Of a stretch of DNA of 64,000 nucleotides, positions 57,488-64,000 are shown piece by piece; position 1 is the stretch's first letter; every line of letters starts with the position of its first letter. The notes beneath the pieces were generated by a model that was not told the origin of the DNA, ran no database searches, and saw only the letters and a program-made list of their open reading frames with translations. The stretch lies in the NCBI GenBank assembly GCA_040880785.1, contig JBBEEL010000077.1, positions 19,857 to 83,856 of the forward strand. Reading direction: 5' to 3'. The translations under genes and the position numbers were made by a program. This DNA comes from Akkermansiaceae bacterium (GTDB taxonomy: Bacteria; Verrucomicrobiota; Verrucomicrobiia; Verrucomicrobiales; Akkermansiaceae).

Positions 57488-60213
57488 TTGATTGAGGGTA
57501 GTTCCTCCCTGCCTTGCAAGGAGATGGAGGTGGCTTGGAGTGAATCCGACTCGGCCTTGAGCCGGATGGTTCCGGGTTTGTTAGGGATGGCACGGACGAT
57601 CACGAGGCAGAGGCCGTTGAACGCCTTGCGCCCGGGTTGTTGAAATGGTTCGAAACTCGTCGGATCGCCATTGTCCGTCGCTACGATTTCGCCCGGGCCT
57701 TCGATGCTGAACTTGATAGGGTGCATCGCACGGGGGCAGGTAAGGCCATCCTTGTCAGAAATTCTAACGGTCACGAAGGAAAGGTCGAGGCCGTCAGCGA
57801 GGATTTCGGAACGATCCGCCACCGCCTCGATCTTTGCTGGCGCTCCCACCGTCCGCACGCTGTTAGCCGCCCATTCCCTGCCCTCCTTGTAGGCCACTAC
57901 TTTAAGTTCGCCCGGTTCGTAAACCACGTCATCCCAGCGCAGGCGGTATTCGAACTCGCCCTTCTTTTTCCGGCCTAGCGATCTACCATTGAGAAAGAGC
58001 TCCGCCTCGTCGCCGGAAGTGAAAACATGCACCGGCGTGACCTGCCCGACGCGCTCCGGCCAAGTCCAGTGCGGCAGGAGATGAACCATGGGCAGCTCCG
58101 GCCGCCAGCGCGACTGATAGAGATAGAAGCGGTCCTTCCGGAATCCTGCGAGGTCGATGATGCCGCAGTAGGAACTGCGTGAGGCGTAGTAGGGCGTCGG
58201 CTCGCCGAGATAATCCCAACCAGTCCACACAAACTCGCCGGCCACGAAGGGATGCCGGTCCTGCGCCGCGAACACCTTGTCCGCCGATGAGCCGAAATCA
58301 ACCGCGTGCAGCTCATACGAACTCACGTGGCCGCTTGCTTCATCGCCGCCGCGTCCATCGCGGACGATGTCGCTCGTTTTCTCCGACACCGGAAACAGAT
58401 AGACCCCGCGGCTGCTCAGAGCCGAGGCGCTCTCGCTGCTGATGATTACTTTCCCGGGAAACGCCTTCCTGAAAGCGGGATACTGGGCGGGAGTGCGGAT
58501 GCGATCGGTCCCCTCGAACATCGGGTCCTGGCGGATGCCCTCTCCCTGATAGTTCAGGTTGATGACGTCCACCGTCGCAGGCATGGGCATATCCGGTTTC
58601 GCCCAGTTCATCGCGATGGTTGTTAGGCGGGTGGGATCCTCGTCGCGGGTGATGTCGTGCAGACGTTTCGCCAACGCCGCGCCTTCTTCGCCGGTGTATT
58701 GCTCGCCCACTTCGTTGCCGATGCTCCACAAGATGACCGACGGATGGTTGCGGTCGCGGCGGACCAGCGCGCGCATGTCCTGTTCGTGCCAGTCGGAAAA
58801 AATCAGGTGGAAATCGAGTGGCGTCTTCTTGCGTTCCCAACAATCGAACGATTCGTTGACGACGAGGAAGCCCATCGCGTCTGTCAGTTCCAACAGTTCG
58901 GGAGCCGGAGGATTGTGCGCCATGCGGATCGCATTGCAGCCCATTTCGCGGAGGATTTCCAACTGGCGTTGTGCGGCGCGGGTATTGAAAGCCGCGCCCA
59001 GCGCGCCGAGGTCGTGGTGCTGGTTCACGCCGCGGATGGGGATGCGCTCGCCGTTCACCAAAATGCCCTTGTCCGGGTCGAAAACCAGATCACGGATGCC
59101 GAAGCGGGTTTCATAACGGTCCTGGTTAGACAGGGTGGTCACCGCGACATAGCGGTTGGGAATCTGCGTCGGTGGAGGCCCCCACAGCCGGGGATTGGCG
59201 AGAGTGACGGAGCCCTTGACCATGGCGCTGGCACCGGGTGGCACCGGCGTTTTCACCGATTCGATCTTGCCGACGGATTTCCCGATCGCCCGCCCCGCCG
59301 CATCCAGCTCGAAGATTTCGGTGGAAACTCCGACTGCAGCGTCCTGCTTGGAAGCGTTTCTGATAGTGACTTCCAGATCGATCGTCGCCGAAGTTTTGGA
59401 AACCCCGCGTGTCGATACAAACGTGCCCCACTGGGCGACGTGAACCGGCAGGGTCTTGGTGAGCCGGACATTCCGATAGATGCCGCCGCCGGGATACCAG
59501 CGCGACGAGTTGGGCGGATTGTCCAGGCGGATCGCCAATGGGTTGTCGCCGCCGGGGACCACATAGGGCGTTAGATCGACCTGCCAGGAGGAATAGCCAA
59601 ACGGCCAGCCGCCGACGAGTTTTCCATTCAGCCAGACCGCGGCGTAGGACATCGCGCCGTCGATTTCCAGAAAGATGGATTTGCCCGCATCGGCTGCGGG
59701 GATGCTCAGGTTCTTTCGATACCAGCCGACACCGTCGCTCGGCAGCCGGCCCATGCCGCCGCCGGTGCCCGCGCCCTCGCCGATGTGAAACGGCCCTTTG
59801 ATCGCCCAGTCGTGCGGCAGGGTCACGGATTCCCAGCTGCTGTCGTCGAAGGATTTTTGGACAAACGGGCAATCACCGCCGGGATTGCCCTCGGGGCGGA
59901 GGTGACGTTTCGACGGGTCTTTGATGAAGTCGTTACCGGTGGGTAGAATCCACGCTTTGAGCACCGGTTGCGAAGCTCTAGCAGTTCTCTCCGCCTCCGT
60001 GGGCATCGTATCGGCCGCCTTGTCGTCGTTCTTGTCCGTCACTTCCGGCCGGATGTCGTAAGCCAGGCCCGCTGGGTTTCCATCGGGATCTCCGAGATGA
60101 AAGCGCCATCCATCGTTGATGAGGACGGACTCCCGCGGACCCGAATCGGCCGGGGTTTGTGCGGACACCACGCCAGTGAGGCAGGCGGCCAGGAGATGGA
60201 GATGAAATCTCAT
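57484..60213 (-). CDS. GH2 beta-galactosidase (GalB-like)
   Basis: Signal peptide from ATG 60213 (MRFHLHLLAACLTGVVSA), LPHDWAI, SRWYPGGGIYR, GVNQHHDLGALG, RNHPSVILWSIGNE, SSESAS and FVWTGWDYLGEPTPY. Confidence 0.93.
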   Translation of the reverse strand: MRFHLHLLAACLTGVVSAQTPADSGPRESVLINDGWRFHLGDPDGNPAGLAYDIRPEVTDKNDDKAADTMPTEAERTARASQPVLKAWILPTGNDFIKDPSKRHLRPEGNPGGDCPFVQKSFDDSSWESVTLPHDWAIKGPFHIGEGAGTGGGMGRLPSDGVGWYRKNLSIPAADAGKSIFLEIDGAMSYAAVWLNGKLVGGWPFGYSSWQVDLTPYVVPGGDNPLAIRLDNPPNSSRWYPGGGIYRNVRLTKTLPVHVAQWGTFVSTRGVSKTSATIDLEVTIRNASKQDAAVGVSTEIFELDAAGRAIGKSVGKIESVKTPVPPGASAMVKGSVTLANPRLWGPPPTQIPNRYVAVTTLSNQDRYETRFGIRDLVFDPDKGILVNGERIPIRGVNQHHDLGALGAAFNTRAAQRQLEILREMGCNAIRMAHNPPAPELLELTDAMGFLVVNESFDCWERKKTPLDFHLIFSDWHEQDMRALVRRDRNHPSVILWSIGNEVGEQYTGEEGAALAKRLHDITRDEDPTRLTTIAMNWAKPDMPMPATVDVINLNYQGEGIRQDPMFEGTDRIRTPAQYPAFRKAFPGKVIISSESASALSSRGVYLFPVSEKTSDIVRDGRGGDEASGHVSSYELHAVDFGSSADKVFAAQDRHPFVAGEFVWTGWDYLGEPTPYYASRSSYCGIIDLAGFRKDRFYLYQSRWRPELPMVHLLPHWTWPERVGQVTPVHVFTSGDEAELFLNGRSLGRKKKGEFEYRLRWDDVVYEPGELKVVAYKEGREWAANSVRTVGAPAKIEAVADRSEILADGLDLSFVTVRISDKDGLTCPRAMHPIKFSIEGPGEIVATDNGDPTSFEPFQQPGRKAFNGLCLVIVRAIPNKPGTIRLKAESDSLQATSISLQGREELPSIK

Positions 60214-60214
60214 A

Positions 60215-62353
60215 TCACGGGTTCCGTTTGATCGGATCATTGGACATCGCGTCTTCGAGCGTGTGCACGGGCTTGTCCACTCCAGCGGGGAAGGGGAGTT
60301 TGGAATGGGTTTGGAAATATAACAGGCAGGCGTCGCGCCAAAGGACCGCATCCTTCTCTTGGATGGCGAACTTCGCGGCCACCGCGGCGTGGCGCTCCGG
60401 GTCAATCTTTCCAGATAGGGAATCCCAGGTCTTGCGGGCGGCCCGCGTCCAATCGACACCGCGCTGATAGCGAAATGAAAGCTCGTCCCACAAAGTCCTG
60501 CCGGTGTGCATCTTGTGGTCCCACGGGACGTGGTGGAACCATAACAAGAGCTCGTCCGGGACTTTCGAAAGATCGGCGAAGTGTTCCCTCGCGCCGGGAT
60601 GGTATTGGGCGAGTGCGTTGCTGCCCTTGGCCGTGCGGTCGAAGCCGATTCCTGCGGCGGAGGCGCGGTGGAAGTAAACCGGGTTCCAGTCATCGCGCTT
60701 TTCCTTGTCCCACCACGGCTGCGGGCCGTAGTGGTGGCCGGACCAGATCAAGTGATGCAGGCCAAGCGGCATCGAGTAATCCACAACCGCCTCGTGCGAT
60801 TCCAACAGCAAGCGGACGAGAGTGGCCGTGGTGGCTGGATCCGACGGAAAGGTCTGCCGCACCCATTCTTCCGCGATTTGCTTGGATGATAGATCCGGAT
60901 TCCATGCGAGTCGTCCGAAGGCATACCAATTCGCCTGGGCGAGCAGGTGCCCGGTCCAGTTGCGATCCGAGCCGGTGTTGGCAACTCCGGCGATGGCGCT
61001 GGTTTTTCCGCCGAAAAGGCTGCCGTCCACGACCTTGGTGACCGTCGATCCCGGGCCTTTCGCATGAGTGTCCGCATCGAAGAACTCACGCCACATCGGG
61101 GCGAGGAAGGCGAGCTGTTGGGAATGCCCGAGGTATTCCTGCGTGATTTGGAGTTCCGCCATGACCTGAGTGTTGGACATGCCGCCGAAGAGTTGATGAA
61201 AGGGTTCGCGAGGCATGAAATCCAAGGGACCGTTTTTCACTTGCACCAGCACGTTCGCTGCGAATTTCCCATCGAACGGTTTCATCGAATCATAAGCCTG
61301 GGAGATGCGGTCTTTTCCAAGTTCCGGTTCATAGACAAACGCGCGCCACATCACGATGCCGCCGTGAGGGGCGACGGCTGCGGCAAGCATGTTGGCTCCG
61401 TCGGCATGGGTGCGCTTGTAGGTGAGCGGACCGGGCTGGCCCTCGCTGTTAGCCTTCACCAGGAAGCCGCCGAAATCGGGGATGAGCGCGTAAATCTCAT
61501 CCGCCTTGGCCTTCCACCACGCGGCGACTTCCGGGTCATGTGGATCGGCGGTCTTTAATTTCCCGATCTCGATCGGCGCGGAAAAGCGGGCGGATAGATA
61601 GACGCGCAGGCCGTATGGGCGGAACACGCCGGCGATCGCGGCAGTCTTCTTCAGGTAGGCGGGGGTGAGGCTCAGGGCGTTGGCGTTGACGTTGTTGATG
61701 ACGGTGCCGTTGATGCCGAGGGACGCATTGGCGCGGGCGTAGTCGGTCAGGCGCGGGTCCACGGCATCCGGCAGTGACTTCCAATCCCACAGCGACTTTC
61801 CCGCATAGCCGCGCTCGACGGAGCCGTCGAGATTGTCCCAGTGGTTGAGCATCCGAAGCTTGAAACGCGGATTCTCCACAACATCGAAGGGGGTGATAGG
61901 ACGTTCGGTTTGCAGAAGCCTGAGGAAATGAAATGTCCCGTAAAGCGCACCGATGTCGGTCGTCGATGCGATGACCGTAGCCGCGTGGTCATTGATTTTC
62001 ACGGACCGAATGACAAAACCATCGGGCGCCAACTTTCCAAGTGATGCGTCTAACGAAAGTGAGGCGATCACCGGATTGTTCTTCGGAGTGCCGATGACCA
62101 GTGCTCCATCCGATTCAATACTCACGGTGTTGGGAATGGATTTCCCTAACAACCCCGGAATCGCCTTGCCCAGTTCGTGGCGAAGGGTGTCCATCGTCGC
62201 TGATTCGCCAGGTGCGACGAGAGCGGTAAGGGGCAGGCGCTGGTCGGGTGGCAGCGCCTCGTAGCGGAGCCACAGACGATACCCGTCATCCGCCAACGCG
62301 GCGGGTGACAACAGAATCGCGATGGCCGAAAGCAGGGTTGGAAGGATTTTCAT
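60215..62353 (-). CDS. aguA: GH67 alpha-glucuronidase
   Basis: Signal peptide, [62 protein letters not shown] and LLWFHH. Confidence 0.95.
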   Translation of the reverse strand: MKILPTLLSAIAILLSPAALADDGYRLWLRYEALPPDQRLPLTALVAPGESATMDTLRHELGKAIPGLLGKSIPNTVSIESDGALVIGTPKNNPVIASLSLDASLGKLAPDGFVIRSVKINDHAATVIASTTDIGALYGTFHFLRLLQTERPITPFDVVENPRFKLRMLNHWDNLDGSVERGYAGKSLWDWKSLPDAVDPRLTDYARANASLGINGTVINNVNANALSLTPAYLKKTAAIAGVFRPYGLRVYLSARFSAPIEIGKLKTADPHDPEVAAWWKAKADEIYALIPDFGGFLVKANSEGQPGPLTYKRTHADGANMLAAAVAPHGGIVMWRAFVYEPELGKDRISQAYDSMKPFDGKFAANVLVQVKNGPLDFMPREPFHQLFGGMSNTQVMAELQITQEYLGHSQQLAFLAPMWREFFDADTHAKGPGSTVTKVVDGSLFGGKTSAIAGVANTGSDRNWTGHLLAQANWYAFGRLAWNPDLSSKQIAEEWVRQTFPSDPATTATLVRLLLESHEAVVDYSMPLGLHHLIWSGHHYGPQPWWDKEKRDDWNPVYFHRASAAGIGFDRTAKGSNALAQYHPGAREHFADLSKVPDELLLWFHHVPWDHKMHTGRTLWDELSFRYQRGVDWTRAARKTWDSLSGKIDPERHAAVAAKFAIQEKDAVLWRDACLLYFQTHSKLPFPAGVDKPVHTLEDAMSNDPIKRNP

Positions 62354-64000
62354 TGGGGGCCGAAGTAGCTGGCGGGCAGCTTGCCGTCGTGGACGATCAG
62401 GGTTTCAAGAACCACGCCGGGATCGACCATCCAGACCTTGAGGGTGTGGACGCCTGGTGCGGGGATCTGGTGCGTGGATTTCAGCGTTCGGACGTTGTCC
62501 CGGACCCAGTTCCCCCAGTCTTTGATCGCGGGCGCCGAGCGGTCGCCCCGCTTGGAGGGGTCGGTAAAAGACTGACCGGAAAATGCGTCGATGATCTGCG
62601 GTGCTTGGTCATTAAAGGAAACCGCCAGGCTCAAGCCTCGATCCGGTTGCACGTTGAGGGAGGAGCCGGTGATGAGATCGACGCGGACTTCGCCAGCCTT
62701 GGGAATGAAGACTGAGTATTCCAAAGACGGCGAATTCGCGGGCGGCTGGACGCTGGCGGCGGTGGTTGGAAACACACTCATCCCGGAAAGACCGCGGCCG
62801 TAGTCGGGGATGATTTCCCAACGCACCCCGGCGGCGGCGTTGTTCGCACTGGTGCGTTCCGCCGGGATCACCGTGGGGCCGGTTAGACCGCCGGACGCCT
62901 TCACATTTTCACGAGTGAATTTATCGGAACGAATGGCAGCAAGCTGGATTTCCACACTCTCACCGCCGGCGCGCGAAACCGTGATCACGGCTGCGTGCGA
63001 GCCAACGGGAATTTTTTCCCAATCGATGCTGACCATCACCCGCTGGTCCTGCTCCACGGAGCCGGAGGTGGCGCTGAAGTTGATCCATGGCTGACTGGCG
63101 GAAACTGAAAATGGAAAGCTCTCGCTGCCCCGCCGGAAGATATCGATCCAGCGTGTCTGCCGGTTGATTGAGTCGAACGCGGGCAGCTTCGGGGTGCCCT
63201 TGCCGCCTGGCCAGGCCGCCTCAGAGCCTTCGATCGAGACTCCGAGCGAGGGACCGGGAACGGGCGTCACTGCGGTTAGATCCGGAAAGATGTTGGTCTT
63301 CGGATCATTCCAACTTGTGTAGCCGATGCGCGTCTGTGCCATCATGTGATTCCATTTGCCACCGGCGAGTTGATGGTAGCCGTCTGATAGATCCTGGTCT
63401 TGTTTGAACAATTCGCGGACCCGTGCGGCGTGGTCATTCGCACTGGCGCGTCCCTGGGCGGCGTAGAGCCGGTTCCTGCCGGTTTCGATGTGGAGTTCGA
63501 CCACGGTGGCCGCCGCTTTCGCCGGATAGAGCACCAGTTGATAGAACGCGTCGCGCGCTTCCGGCGGGAGCTGCGAGTTGATCTTCTCGGCTTGTCGGGT
63601 GATGGCCTGCCAGGCGGCTGAAACGCGCTCGGCTTCCTGATAGTTTGCCAAACTGAAGGTGGTGGGCGCGAGCAGTTCCGGCTTCCGCCAGGCACTGAAT
63701 TTCGCGGCTTTTGAAACGATGTCGGCGATTTCCGCAGCGTGCTCATTTCCGAATTCGCGGGCGGCCCAGCGGCGGGTGAAATCTGCGATTTTTTCCTTCG
63801 GCATCGCTTTGGGATTCCAGGCCATGCGCAGGAAGAACTCGATCGGGAGTTCCATCGGTTTCAAGTCGCCCACGTTGACCACCCAGACGCGGTTGGCGTC
63901 GTATTCGTAGGCCATGTTCATCTGCTCCCAGATCTTGGGAAGCGGGTTCGTGTTGAGCCACTTGTAGGAGCGCGGCGAGCCGACGTAGTCGAAATGATAG
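62350..64000 (-). CDS. Second GH115 alpha-glucuronidase (5' part lies beyond the window)
   Basis: The open frame runs from the edge: [19 protein letters not shown]...[31 protein letters not shown] and [14 protein letters not shown]. Its stop overlaps the GH67 start (ATGA). Confidence 0.92.
   Translation of the reverse strand, partial: YHFDYVGSPRSYKWLNTNPLPKIWEQMNMAYEYDANRVWVVNVGDLKPMELPIEFFLRMAWNPKAMPKEKIADFTRRWAAREFGNEHAAEIADIVSKAAKFSAWRKPELLAPTTFSLANYQEAERVSAAWQAITRQAEKINSQLPPEARDAFYQLVLYPAKAAATVVELHIETGRNRLYAAQGRASANDHAARVRELFKQDQDLSDGYHQLAGGKWNHMMAQTRIGYTSWNDPKTNIFPDLTAVTPVPGPSLGVSIEGSEAAWPGGKGTPKLPAFDSINRQTRWIDIFRRGSESFPFSVSASQPWINFSATSGSVEQDQRVMVSIDWEKIPVGSHAAVITVSRAGGESVEIQLAAIRSDKFTRENVKASGGLTGPTVIPAERTSANNAAAGVRWEIIPDYGRGLSGMSVFPTTAASVQPPANSPSLEYSVFIPKAGEVRVDLITGSSLNVQPDRGLSLAVSFNDQAPQIIDAFSGQSFTDPSKRGDRSAPAIKDWGNWVRDNVRTLKSTHQIPAPGVHTLKVWMVDPGVVLETLIVHDGKLPASYFGPQ

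Noticed and set aside
60214-60693. 160-aa N-terminal extension of the GH2 ORF (likewise the LacI extension 48778-49074 and the ThuA extension 17345-17638)
   Set aside because: Each overlaps the upstream gene; the real starts, with signal peptide or HTH, lie at 60213, 48777 and 17639.
1-64000. tRNA, rRNA, riboswitch, prophage or anti-phage defence genes
   Set aside because: None were recognised by eye. The two TA-related loci alone do not make a defence island. A covariance-model search was not possible.

Overview
GC-rich bacterial DNA whose gene content (PEP-CTERM proteins, autotransporter-associated beta-strand repeat proteins, an ECF sigma/Ser-Thr kinase pair, an SHD1 protein, a prepilin) points to Verrucomicrobiota, probably Luteolibacter-like (inference). 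The left end carries an orphan HigA antitoxin and decayed transposases. It is followed by an ECF/kinase-linked operon of three secreted proteins that carry five copies of one unnamed ~230-aa domain, then GH35, VapBC, ThuA and a REP/palindrome cluster. The middle holds two large lyase-like exoenzymes (BNR_4 and a frameshifted PL1) that share an operator-like box. From 28.8 kb to the end lies a complex-xylan utilisation locus (GH98, SGNH esterase, GH43, GPH symporter, LacI, GH115-GH30 fusion, GH2, GH67, second GH115). No SusC/SusD or TonB receptor lies in the window; instead a pilin and surface repeat proteins sit behind the same 16-bp LacI-type operator. The most notable signals are: (i) one C-terminal module shared by eight exported proteins; (ii) two independent paralogue pairs in which the same N-terminal domain carries either PEP-CTERM or that module; (iii) a pilin wired into the xylan regulon; (iv) orphan 3' gene tails that record cassette replacement. 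Family calls come from motif recognition by eye, not database searches.
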